DNA of 64,000 nucleotides from Octopus sinensis (Eukaryota): assembly GCF_006345805.1 (NCBI RefSeq), contig NC_042997.1, positions 26,846,001 through 26,910,000 of the forward strand, in the 5' to 3' direction. The notes beneath the pieces were generated by a model. It saw only the letters and a list, made by a program, of their open reading frames with translations, was not told the origin of the DNA and made no database searches. The position numbers and the translations under genes were made by a program. The stretch's first letter is position 1. The number at the start of each line of letters is the position of its first letter. Shown here in pieces: positions 24,633 through 37,219 of the stretch.

Positions 24633-25007
24633 GTGGAGGCGCAATGGCCCAGTGGTTAGGGCAGCGGACTCGCGGTTTCGATTCCCAGACCGGGCGTTGT
24701 GAGTGTTTATTGAGCGAAAACACTTAAAGCTCCACGAGGCTCCGGCAGGGGATGGTGGTGATCCCTGCTGTACTCTTTCACCACAACTTTCTCTCACTCT
24801 TACTTCCTGTTTCTGTTGTACCTGTATTTCAAAGGGCCGGCCTTGTCACTCTCTGTGTCACGCTGAATATCCCCGAGAACTACGTTAAGGGTACACGTGT
24901 CTGTGGAGTGCTCAGCCACTTACAAGTTAATTTCACGAGCAGGCTGTTCCGTTGATTCGGATCAACCGGAACCCTCGTCGTCGTAAGCGACGGAGTGCTT
25001 CAAAAAA
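24633..25007 (+). mobile_element. SINE family A with TSD
   Basis: 10-bp TSD ataatcaaat (24623-24632, 25008-25017); 14-bp deletion in head. Confidence 0.9.
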
Positions 25008-25199
25008 ATAATCAAATACCTTCTAGTCATGACAATCGCATTTATATTAAGGAAAGTGAATCCGGACTACATACTTGGTTCGGATTGTTCATAATTTTGG
25101 TTCATATATTGATTGTTACTACTAGCAGTTCTAGTAACCATTCAGTGCTCCAAAATTCTATCATAGGAAACAGGTGGATTAAACAAATCATGCTTAGTT

Positions 25200-25612
25200 A
25201 CTCTTTTACTCTTTTACTTGTTTCAGTCATTTGATGGGTGGCCATACTGGAGCACCGCATGTATTCGAGCAAATCGACTACAGAATTTATTCTTTGTAAG
25301 TCTAGTACTTATTGTAACGGGCTCTTTTGCCGAACCGCTAGGTTACGTGGACGTAAACACACCAGCATCGGTTGTCAAGCGATGTTGGGGGGACAAACAC
25401 AGACACACAAACACACACACACACACACATATATATATATGCATATATACGACGGGCTTCTTTCAGTTTCCGTTTACCAAATCCACTCACAAGGCTTTGG
25501 TCGGCCCGAGGCTAAAGTAGAAGACACTCGCCCAAGGTGTAACGCAGTTGGACTGAACCCGGAACCATGTGGTTGGTAAGCAAGCTACTTACCACTCAGC
25601 CACTCCTACGCC
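25200..25612 (-). mobile_element. SINE family B
   Basis: Reverse complement of B consensus. Confidence 0.9.
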
Positions 25613-25631
25613 TATGGCAAACTATTCTAAG

Positions 25632-25869
25632 TATTTCGTTTTCGGATTTGGTTTGCAAGATTCTTTATATGAGTTCTTGTGTTGAAGCATATTCTGTCGT
25701 GTCTGGGGAGAGTCATTTTCTTTTTATGCCTTATAAATTAACATTCTCACCGGTAAAATTTTCCGCTTAAGAAAATAAAAATAAAAAAATAAGTGGAAAT
25801 TTTACCGGTGAGTATATTGAATTATAAGGCACAAAAAGAAAGTGACTCTCCCCAGACACAACAGAATAT
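25632..25869. repeat. Repeat F5 in inverted configuration (about 75-bp arms, 25689-25869)
   Basis: atattctgtcgtgtctggggagagtca..ccggtaaaattttccgctta / taagtggaaattttaccgg..tgactctccccagacacaacagaatat; same family at 34125-34435. Confidence 0.85.
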
Positions 25870-26383
25870 TCTAAGTATATTAGGTGCAAAACAGAGAATT
25901 ACAAAATTACGACAACTAAGCTTGGATAATGCAAGGGTTGTCACTATTTTCAAACCAGTTTCAGAGAAGTTGACTGACTCTTAAGCTTTTAAGGATCCAG
26001 ATAAAATAAATATAGAGAAAAACTAACAGGAAAGAGGAAAATAAAAAGCATGAATACAGAATAATAGAAATAAGAAAATATTATTCTCTTGAAATGCGGA
26101 ACACTAAAGAATATTCTCAATAAGAACTGAGGTACTAATGGATATATATGTCATTTCATCATGTTAAACCGTTAATCAGGACACATCTTCCTCTCTCTAT
26201 TTTTCTCTCTTTTTGGCTTCTCTCTCTCTCTCGTCTCCCTCTCCCCCCTCTCTCTCTCCGTTCTTTTCCCTTTCATCCTTTTCCGGTCGAATAGCGTGGG
26301 TTCAAAACGTCAAAGACTTCCATTCTTTCTCGAACTACTTGTTCGTACACTGTCGTTTTTTTTTGTTTTTATGTGTATCTTTG

Positions 26384-26384
<1 letters not shown>

Positions 26385-26466
<82 letters not shown>

Positions 26467-26491
26467 ATATATGTATATATATGTATATGTA

Positions 26492-26534
<43 letters not shown>

Positions 26535-26988
26535 TATATGTATATATATGTATATATTATATATATGTATATATATATAATATATATATATATACTATAT
26601 ATACACACATATATATATATATATTTATTTATATATGTAAATGAGTAAGAGTAGGATTTTTTCACTTGTCTCTGAATCTGCCCTTCATAAATATTATCGA
26701 TCGTATATTTAATATAATGTACGGCTGAATGGCTCAATAGCGTATTTTTTCAATCGGTTAGGTCTAATAGTCTACATAAACTGCAAGAATATCATTCGAC
26801 CGGTGCTTATGTACCAAGTTTGATTTATACATAATATTGTTGTTATATATAACCTTATTCTTGTAACTTTGACACATTTGTTTCTTGCAGAACATATATG
26901 TACTAGCGTTTGTACAAACAGACGCACACACACACAGACACACACATACACATACATACATACATACATACATACATACATACATACA

Positions 26989-27022
<34 letters not shown>

Positions 27023-27073
27023 AATATACATACATATGCTAAACTGGCAATATGACCATTCCGAAATATAACA

Positions 27074-27104
<31 letters not shown>

Positions 27105-27271
27105 TATAATATACATATAGTATATGTATATATATATATATATACATATATTTACATATATATTATATATATATATATATATTATATATATATACATGTG
27201 TATATATATATATAATATATATTATATATATATATATAATTATATATATACATAATATATATATATATTAC

Positions 27272-27358
<87 letters not shown>

Positions 27359-27385
27359 GCATATATATATATGTATATATACACA
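26385..27385. repeat. Large interrupted (TA)n/(CATA)n microsatellite region
   Basis: Directly visible (26385-26630, 26930-27030, 27070-27385). Confidence 0.9.
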
Positions 27386-27769
27386 CACACAAGTGAGTGA
27401 ATGAGTGAAAGAAGGCCACATATTTGGTTGGAATTATGTATATGTGATAGCAGTTGGGCTGACTCTCACAATATTTTAAGGTCTGAAGTTGCGTAAGTAT
27501 ATGGATATGTGTATATAAAAACTATATATGCATATAAATGTTCATGTATCAATATGTTTAAGTACATGTGTGTGTGTGTGTGTGTGTGTGTGCGTGCGCG
27601 TATATAAGAGATAATGGTGTCAGGTAATGCTGAATAAGTGCTATAGACAGACCATAGTAAATTTCCAGATTTGGTAATATTGCGAATAAAGGTTTCAACG
27701 TTGGTTCTATATCAGTGTGTGTATATAAGAATTTTTTTATATATAATATATAAGATATATTATATAAAT

Positions 27770-27853
<84 letters not shown>

Positions 27854-28569
27854 AATGTATGTATGTATGTATGTATGTATGTATGTACATGCATGTATCT
27901 ATGTAGGGATGAAATCAGTTTGATACAAATTCTATGGTACTCGGAGTTTCCAGTGTGGAGTAAATTTTAATGTCTTTTGGATTCGAATGAGAGAAGTTGA
28001 TTGTTATTACCGTAACATGGGCTACGATTGGTCGAGCAAGATCGCGTGGTTTGTGGTTTGATGTTGATAAATTTCAGCGACAACAGTTATTTTGAAAATA
28101 CTGCGTGAACAGGATATCGGTCACGTTGTTAGAGGGGAAGTATGAAGGGCTTTATGTGCAAGTATATTGATATATATGTTTGTATGTGGACGCTTATGCG
28201 CTTCTATGGTCTTGCGTGCATGTGTATATTTATGCGAGCGTGCGTATCTCTACATGGGCGCACAGGCACATGTCCACACACAGCCACACACGCACACATG
28301 AATGAGCATGCGCACACACACATACATGCATACATCAGCTGGCATAGACGCCTACATATGCGTATTAATTTATATGTACATATACATGCATATTAGTGTG
28401 TGCGTGCACATGTGTACTCGCGTGCACATGCATGCATGCATGAGTATACGTGTGCATAACAAGCGTTGGAGATTAGTAAGCATTGTGAATTGGTAATTGG
28501 TAGTCCTACTCATGAGGTTGGTTTGTGACGGTGACCTTGGTGCAAGCGGTGCAGGGTAGCAGCTAGTTT

Positions 28570-29130
28570 TACGGTGGTATATCCTGGTTCTCGGCGTTTA
28601 CAGGCTTCAAAGTTGCCAGAAGGGCATATCTCTGGTGACAGTAATAAGATAAATAGTATTTCATGTTGATGGATAATGTGGAATGTTGGTGAATATGCAG
28701 TTTTTCGCAGAGCAGAGCTGGTAATTCGGGGAGCCGCGTATATATGGTGGCACGCTGTCGGCAATAGTCCACTTGATGCTGGGTGTTTCGTCTAGTAGGT
28801 CACGGAGTTCCATAGAGAAAGAGATAGGGAAGTAGAGTTCTCAGTGTCACAGGACCTGAACGAGTGCACATGCTGGAAGAATCTTACCTTGAAGCCATTA
28901 GCTGTCATACTCGTATAGTGCCTTGTAATACCATCGGATCGTGTAAGGGTAGCACTGTATACTATGGCACTTGAGATACGGAATCACTCTAGAGAGCACA
29001 TGGTATGGTTTCGGTAGTTGCAGTTTGGGTTTCGGAGAATATTTACGTCTGTTGATGCGTGCGATGTTAGGTGCAATGTTGTCTAAGCAGGAGTAGCTCA
29101 CCTTGACATTATTGGTGTTGTAGAGATTGA
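28570..29130 (-). pseudogene. Penelope-like element GIY-YIG endonuclease region, frameshifted
   Basis: NNVKVSYSCLDNIA..AIVYSATLTRSDGITRHYTSMTANGFKVRFFQHVHSFR..NSTSLSLSLW.LRD..PSIKWTI..PYIRGSPNYQLCSAK; matches the PLE KxSYSC / VY..YxG.T..FK.R..H.SF..ST.LS..W..I.W..LC pattern. Confidence 0.75.
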
Positions 29131-29197
29131 AATAATTAAAGGCAAGAGGCCCCTAGCTATAGTTAGATACATATACATTGTACACTTGCATATTATA

Positions 29198-29248
<51 letters not shown>

Positions 29249-30127
29249 CTGTGTCTGATCAATAAGTATCCGGACTGTTGCCATAATAACGAAGCTAAAA
29301 CACTCAGCTGCTTGGCAAATATTGATCTACCGCCCTACTGTGTATGCACACAAAGTTCTAACATCCAAGTTCACTTCTGCTGTTTACAGCATTGTTTGGC
29401 GTGTGATCGTCGCATTGACCTTAAGAGACAAAGTTATCATGGTGATACCCACTCCAAGGCCTATACAAATTGCAGAAACTGTAAGGAGAGGCGTGTATGA
29501 GCCGCACACAAGTGTACAAGGGATTGAGGCATTTCCAAGATGGGTGAAAAATGTCGATATTGACGAGCATTCTGTAAGACACACAACCAGCAGAGATGAG
29601 AAGAACATCGCAGATATGTGTGCAGCTGTGAAGGGAAATCGTCGAATCATCATCTGTGCATCATCAGAACATGTGTAGATGAGTGACGGTTCAGTTCCGC
29701 CCATTATTAATAAAGATTTATGTATGAGACGCGTGTCAGCCAAGTTTGTTCCAAAACTGCTTTCAGCTGGCCAAAAGAAAAAAAAAAAAAACACTGGAGT
29801 TTCAGTTGCACAGAATCTCCTTGATTGTGTCGAGAACGATGAAAACTTTTTGAAAACTTTGCGTAGACCTCTGAGAGGAGGTCGCCAAGCTTTTGCCAAA
29901 ATTTGATGAAGGTTTTCTGATCGACTTTCTCTGTCATTGTCAAAGCGATGATCACACGCTACACACCTCCCTCCCAAGCACTGTTTCAAAAAGCGGATTT
30001 AAGTAGAACTTTAAATCTTTATGCATATGCGCAGCAAAATTCAAGTTCAATCTGTGTCAAGCGCCTTTATTCTGCGCTATTTAGCTTCGTTACTATGGCA
30101 ACATTCAGGATACTTATTGTCAGACTA
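29249..30127. mobile_element. Mariner-like relic composed of two inward-facing 5' ends
   Basis: About 47-bp inverted termini gtctgatcaataagtatccggactgttgccataataacgaagctaaa; + strand RRVSAKFVPKLLS..VAQNLLDCVENDENFLKTL; - strand MTEKVDQKTFIKFWQKLGD. Confidence 0.75.
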
Positions 30128-30527
30128 TATGTGCATGTGTATGCGTGTGTGTGTGTGTGTGTGTGTGTGCATAGAGCCCTATATGTGTTAAGCGTATATG
30201 CATTTGTATGTCGGCATTAAGTTAGCAGCAACAACGACAATAATAGCAGTTAAGAGTTAAACAGTTGTGAGCAGTTAACAACGACAATAATAGTAATGAT
30301 AACAGTTTCAAATTTTGGCACGCTGTTAGTAATTTTGTGGAGAGCGTAAATCGATTATATCGACCTCGGTGCTCAAATGGTACTTATTCTATTGATCCCG
30401 AAAGGATGAAAGACAAAGCCGATCCAGTGACATTTGAACTCAGAACGTAAAGACTGACGAAATGCTGCCAATTATTTTGTCCAGCGTGCTAACGATTCTT
30501 CGAGCTCGCCGCCGCAAGAATATTAAT

Positions 30528-30570
<43 letters not shown>

Positions 30571-31783
30571 TAATAATAAGAATAATGATAATGGTTTCAA
30601 ATTTTGCTACAAGGGCATCAATTTTAGGCAGGGGATGAGTCGATTATATCGCCCTCAGTGTTTAACTGGTACTTATTTTATCGACCCCAAAAGAATGAAC
30701 GGCAAAGTCGACCTCGGCGGAGTTGAAATTAATTAATCCTGCTGTTGTATGACAAGCCGGCGTTATATGTTTTCAATTACCAATATCAAAACCATTTTTT
30801 TAAAAGCCAGCCATCGTTTGGAATTACTATATCTGATGTCTGCAAAATGGTGTTATGATTATATGAAAAATTAGTCTTTTTCTGGTGCATTTTTCTTACT
30901 GAATGCAGCTAACTTAGTGAAACAGCTTATTAAACCTGACATTTGATTGTACAAAGCGTCACGATATAAATTTTATTGCTGCTAACAGTCCCTTGTCCCA
31001 GGCACAAGTTAGAAATAATCAATGTTTAAAGCCAAAAAAAAAAAAAAAACACTGGAGTTTCAGTTGCACAGAATCTCCTTGATTGTGTCGAGAACGATGA
31101 AAACTTTTTGAAAACTTTGCGTAGACCTCTGAGAGGAGGTCGCCAAGCTTTTGCCAAAATTTGATGAAGGTTTTCTGATCGACTTTCTCTGTCATTGTCA
31201 AAGCGATGATCACACGCTACACACCTCCCTCCCAAGCACTGTTTCAAAAAGCGGATTTAAGTAGAACTTTAAATCTTTATGCATATGCGCAGCAAAATTC
31301 AAGTTCAATCTGTGTCAAGCGCCTTTATTCTGCGCTATTTAGCTTCGTTACTATGGCAACATTCAGGATACTTATTGTCAGACTATATGTGCATGTGTAT
31401 GCGTGTGTGTGTGTGTGTGTGTGCATAGAGCCCTATATGTGTTAAGCGTATATGCATTTGTATGTCGGCATTAAGTTAGCAGCAACAACGACAATAATAG
31501 CAGTTAAGAGTTAAACAGTTGTGAGCAGTTAACAACGACAATAATAGTAATGATAACAGTTTCAAATTTTGGCACGCTGTTAGTAATTTTGGTGGAGAGC
31601 GTAAATCGATTATATCGACCTCGGTGCTCAAATGGTACTTATTCTATTGATCCCGAAAGGATGAAAGACAAAGCCGATCCCAGTGACATTTGAACTCAGA
31701 ACGTAAAGACTGACGAAATGCTGCCAATTATTTTGTCCAGCGTGCTAACGATTCTTCGAGCTCGCCGCCGCAAGAATATTAAT

Positions 31784-31848
<65 letters not shown>

Positions 31849-32305
31849 TAATGGTTTCAAATTTTGCTACAAGGGCATCAATTTTAGGCAGGGGATGAGT
31901 CGATTATATCGCCCTCAGTGTTTAACTGGTACTTATTTTATCGACCCCAAAAGAATGAACGGCAAAGTCGACCTCGGCGGAGTTGAAATTAATTAATCCT
32001 GCTGTTGTATGACAAGCCGGCGTTATATGTTTTCAATTACCAATATCAAAACCATTTTTTTAAAAGCCAGCCATCGTTTGGAATTACTATATCTGATGTC
32101 TGCAAAATGGTGTTATGATTATATGAAAAATTAGTCTTTTTCTGGTGCATTTTTCTTACTGAATGCAAGCTAACTTAGTGAAACAGCTTATTAAACCTGA
32201 CATTTGATTGTACAAAGCGTCACGATATAAATTTTATTGCTGCTAACAGTCCCTTGTCCCAGGCACAAGTTAGAAATAATCAATGTTTAAAGCCAAAAAA
32301 AAAAA
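29770..32305. repeat. Direct tandem duplication, unit about 1260 bp
   Basis: cactggagtttcagttg at 29792 and 31050; gcc(A)n at 29770, 31031, 32292. Confidence 0.95.
30300..30723 (-). mobile_element. Two SINE family C fragments separated by (AAT)n; duplicated at 31558-31982
   Basis: Match to C consensus. Confidence 0.8.
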
Positions 32306-33278
32306 TACAAACAACAGCAACGCAGTTCATTGACTTCTCATTTACGTAATTATATAATATCAATTGACATACAACCGTTCATTATAATTAAGATAGATCG
32401 ACACATCAAACGTTAACTTTCAAATCACCTAAATAGAGCATTTCTGTTTTAGCACTGGAATCGTATAATTGAGCGTAAAGTATTAGCAGTGTGAAGTTGA
32501 ATATAAAAACTGTTTTATTATCTTTCAGGACATCTTCAAGATGTCTCGTTGTTAGATTATCGATATTGATCTTCTAATGTATTACTGATATTTTCATCTG
32601 ACGTTCTTATAATAATATCGACCATTCGCCGGTTAATTCGCATTGAATCAAATACTTTAACGAACAAACTTTGATTTCATAGCATTTGATTCGATTGCGT
32701 TTCCTAGGAGATACTTTCATAAAAGAACTGAAACGAACTTTTTAGTTTCTACAATATTTCGAAATATAAGACTTAAAAGAATAATTGAGCACATTAGGAT
32801 AACTAAAAACAAACATAACAAGATATCTCTGAAAATTTAATGGCTGACAAGATGTGTCATTAAGTACTTGTATTTATCCTATTAATATTCATGCAATTTT
32901 TTTTTAATCCCTACCACGAACATTTTCTGAAGCATTTAAAACTACCTTATTTTTTTTTTGTACCTGTTCGTGCTTGTGTTTTCATTTTAACACTAATTTT
33001 TATGAAGTTTAATGATAAGCGTACGCAGTCTCTTTTTACAACAGTTTATTTGTTCCATTACCTTACTGTGTGTTAGCAATAATTCATTGGAATAGGTTTA
33101 TAGATTATTTATTGGTGACGTGTATGTTATGAATGAGTAAGTGTATGCTGGAGATATTGTATGCGTATGGTTCAATAAATCTCTTCCACGTTGCTGATTC
33201 TAACATTTATGTCTTCAGTATTTGCTTCGAAGTTTCGAAATTGGCAGGGAAAGAGTAAAATTATCGATAATTATCGAT

Positions 33279-33279
<1 letters not shown>

Positions 33280-33318
<39 letters not shown>

Positions 33319-33362
33319 CATCATCATCATCATCACCACCATCATCATCATCATCATCATCT
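33280..33362. repeat. (CAT)n microsatellite
   Basis: Directly visible. Confidence 0.95.
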
Positions 33363-33689
33363 CATTGCTATGAATTATTTGGTCAATATAGTATTCAGTA
33401 AACATATTCCTTAACCAGTGATTGGTCCCCCATAATGAACAATGCCCTGTCTTCAATAGTTCCTATAGACAGGTGCAGAGTTAGGCATAAATCTTGAACT
33501 TCACATTTATTATTGATGTACCTTATTAGGTTTCCTTTAGAAAGGAACATTGTAGCGTTACCCCTGCGACATACGCGATAATATCGTAACAGAACATAAA
33601 TCATATTAAAATCGGTGAATTACAAGATGATAGAAGACCCAACGGTTAGTTATGCATCAGGGTAAGAAATCATTTCAGCTTTCAATAGT

Positions 33690-33980
33690 TGTTGAAGCTA
33701 CACAAAGTTGAAATATTTCCTACATTGGAGTGTTGTTCATGCACCTTAGATTTAAACATTCTTGAGTACATCCCTTCAAAAGATTGACTTTCTCTCATAT
33801 TAGAACCATTTAGGTGGTCACCGAGGCAATGTATCCGCCATATCACTTTCTAATGTCCTACAATACTACAGTGTTTCACAAAATATGATGCATTGTTCTG
33901 TCTTAATCAAGACCTTCTTGATTTGTCATCCGGACTTCTTGAAGCTCCCAAATCCCATAATCTATTCCTAATACTGCTCA
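33690..33980 (-). pseudogene. Possible very decayed LINE AP-endonuclease fragment
   Basis: GIDYGIWELQEVRM..G resembles the D+..LQEVR motif, with weaker hints downstream; many stops. Confidence 0.25.
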
Positions 33981-34124
33981 CCATTATTTTACCTCACTAT
34001 TTTGCTCTTTCCAGCAAACGTCAGTCAACAGAAGTTAAACTTCAATAGATCATCGATTTTATTATTCTGTAACTGCTTTAAAACGTTACGGCCACTGCTC
34101 TCCTAGGCTCTTTGGTTTAAAACA

Positions 34125-34435
34125 AAATTTTTAACACACTCATCGGGGAAATTTCCGCTTATTTCTTATTTTTATTTTTCTAAAATTTTCGTTGTGTCTT
34201 GCAACCTTTTCAATAGTCAAGACTATTGAAAAAGGGAAATAAAAAATAAGAAATAAGTGGAAATTTTACTGGTGAGTAAATTATAAGGCACACAAAAAAT
34301 GACTCTCCCCAGACACAACAGAATATGCTTCAACACACGGACTCATATAAAGAAACTTGCAAACCAAATCCAAAAACAAAATTTTTAACATTTTTGTAAA
34401 TGGTAAATACACGAGGAGAGATATATAACAGATAT
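34125..34435. repeat. Repeat F5 with central fold-back (symmetry at 34219-34220)
   Basis: ccttttcaatagtc-aa-gactattgaaaaagg; outer arms ctcatcggggaaatttccgcttatttcttattttt / aaaaataagaaataagtggaaattttactggtgag. Confidence 0.85.
34180..34216 (-). ncRNA. Minimal hammerhead-like motif with U3-A8 core
   Basis: CUA-UUGAAAA-G-GUUG caagaca CAAC-GAA-AAUU-U-UAG: stem I CUA/UAG, stem II GUUG/CAAC, palindromic stem III AAUU. Confidence 0.45.
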
Positions 34436-35004
34436 AATACGTGTCATTACTCTAATAATAATCATTTCATCGGGCTCAGAATGACAAAATTCTAAGTAAA
34501 CCTCTTCAGATTTGATATCACTATATAAACGCGCGCAACTAAATACTACGTGTATTGTAATCCTGCACCTTACCGATTACAACATTCATAACTCTCTTGG
34601 AGCTAGATGATGCTTTCATTTTAGTCACGAGGCCAACAGTTACGAAGGGAATGGGTTAATTGAAATCCATCACGAAAAGATAAAAATCGAAAACGATCTC
34701 GGCGTTACTGTAACTCGGAATGCAAAAATACATTGTAACACATTTTATTAACACTCCAACGATTCTGCCTCCTCTCCATCTTTTAAGATTCAAATAATGA
34801 TTTTAGGTTTAGACAGAAGGCCAATAACTTTAAGCGGAGGTATGAGAGGATAACATTCATGCAGTAGTATTTTGTTTTATCGACCGGCTAAGGTTGAAAG
34901 CTCCAGTTAAGCTCGGCGGGATACGAGCTCTGAGCAGAAACAATTACTGGAAAGCATATTTTCGACAGTCTAACGATTCCGTCATCTCACGCATAATGAA
35001 AGTA

Positions 35005-35570
35005 TTGGGTTGTCCGGAAAGTTCGTGCCGATTTTTGAAGGAAAGAAAAGGGTCGATAAATACTTGCCATTACATTTTTAATCAACCAAATACGAACCAT
35101 TTTGTTGCACAATGTGTCTCTATCTTTCCTTTAGCTTGAAAATACCCTCTTCCCAGAATTGAGGTGGCTTCATGGCAAAGAATTCATCAAGGTATCTTTT
35201 TACGTCATCCAAGGAATTGAAATTTTTATCATTAAGACTATTCTGCAGAGACCTGAATAAGTGGAAATCCGAAGGAGAAATATCTGGTGAATATGGAGGG
35301 TAGGGTAACACATCCTAGCCGAGCTGCAGCGATTTTTGTCTGGTTTCCAAAGCATCAAGTGCCGAAAATGAACTATCTTATCTTCCATTTTAAAGGGTTA
35401 CAGAATTAACACAGGTTATAGGAAAATGTACCTTCTTCCTCAAAAAGATAGCTTAAACTTTGCTCTAAATGGAGGTGTAGTCAAATCCTATTTTATGGAC
35501 TCAACCATGTTCTAAAATAAGTCAAACGTTAAGCTACTATAAATCGGCACGAACTTTCCAGACAACCCAA
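35005..35570 (-). mobile_element. Internally deleted mariner (DD34D) element with intact TIRs and TA TSD
   Basis: 30-bp TIR ttgggttgtccggaaagttcgtgccgattt (1 mismatch between ends); TA at 35003-35004 and 35571-35572; MEDKIVHFRHLMLW fused to TRQKSLQLG*DVLPYPPYSPDISPSDFHLFRSLQN. Confidence 0.92.
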
Positions 35571-37155
35571 TATATCAATATTTGCCTGTATTTAATGCTT
35601 TCATTTTAGTTAATCATCTTGCCCATGCTCCTGCTACCTTGTTACTGTTAGCTTTGATATAGTAATTGTTTGAGTGTTTAAATTAAATACTTGACTGCTT
35701 TAACATTATAAAACAAGTCCAAAAGAAATCAGTATGTTATTGAATGGTAAGAGAATATATCTCATATGTTTCTTTTATGTTTCGAGAGATATGGATGCTC
35801 TCCTACGCTTGCACAAAAATTCTAAGTTAAGATATATTTGAACGCGGTTGAATTTGCAGGAAAGACACAGCAGTGTAAGAAATATGCCGAAGAATTTTGA
35901 ACATGTCAATATTTAGCAAAGTAATATCTATTGCTATCTCAATGAATTATATAACAGAATAACTAAGATGAATTTAAAATATGAAATAGCTCAAACTCTT
36001 TGAAATATGAAGTGGCTTCGCCTCATTACAAAACATTGTAAATGGAAAAAGAAAACAAAAGAGCTGTAAACGAAGATAATTTACATAACACACTAATTTG
36101 TTTTAATTAAAGGAATAACATGTAGAAAAGTAGGAGAGTATGGAGGTGAAACGATAGCAGAGTTTTAAAATAAACAAATATAATTTGTGTGAAAAAACAA
36201 ACTGTCTGTACTTGCATAAACAAAGTAATCAAATTGATAATATAGCAATGTTAACAGAAGTGATATTGCTGAAAATATAATTTAAAAGAAAGATGTTAAT
36301 AGAACAATTTTTAATAATTTTGTTGAATCATAACATGATACTCGACAATAAATAGAAAATTTATGATCTCCATATATAAAATTTCAAAATATTTTGGATG
36401 TGTAATTTATCTTTGAAAACTTGAATGAGAATAACTTACTGATAACGATTTTTACGTTGGATATATTTGAAGTTTACGAAAACAATTGAACTTAATCTCT
36501 GCGTAATAGTTTCAGTTTCGTATGTCTAGCCAAATGGCAATGAAATCGAGACATACGCGAGCACATACGCACAGATAATTCATATATGCAACCGCTCGCG
36601 CGCTCACTGCTACATACTCACATATCCACGGTCATACGCAAATACGCAAAACGTATATCATCGCAGGATGCGTAGAACGACACAAAATGATACGTATTTA
36701 TGTATGCCTGATTACAGACTCGCACCACGCAATAAAGCTGAATGTTGAGAAGCTTGCTGCACAACAGAGACATCCCAGGATCAATCTCACTGCACAGCAT
36801 TTTAAGCATTTTTTTCATCGTTTGTCGATAGCCTTGTATCGACTTAGGCATTGTATGTGAAGTTAGGCAGACGGAAATTATGCAGAAACCCATCATATTG
36901 AATGGATTGCACATATGTCACGCTGATTCTGTGAGAGGATTTCATTAAGAGTAAATATCTCTGCGGAATACTCGACCATTTACACGTTATTATAATAAGA
37001 CGTTTGTTTTGCTGATCGAGTTATTGATTACTCATCGAGGAAACCCACGGATATTTATGTATGTTACATTAAAATGTTAGTTCAAACCATGACTACGTTG
37101 GCTTTAGATTTCTTCCCTCCGGGTCCTGAAATAAATGCAGTCAGTGAGAACGACC

Positions 37156-37219
37156 ATGCTTCAATTCTTAATATTTTCGGTTTTGTGCTGTTGTGTAACG
37201 TCGTTATATAGTTTGGGTC
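37156..37219 (+). CDS. Candidate signal-peptide first coding exon (unverified)
   Basis: gaccATG context; MLQFLIFSVLCCCVTSLYSLG; phase-1 donor C|gtaagg. Confidence 0.3.

Noticed and set aside
29384-29989. Longest ORF in the track (201 aa)
   Set aside because: Antisense or out-of-frame reading of the mariner relic
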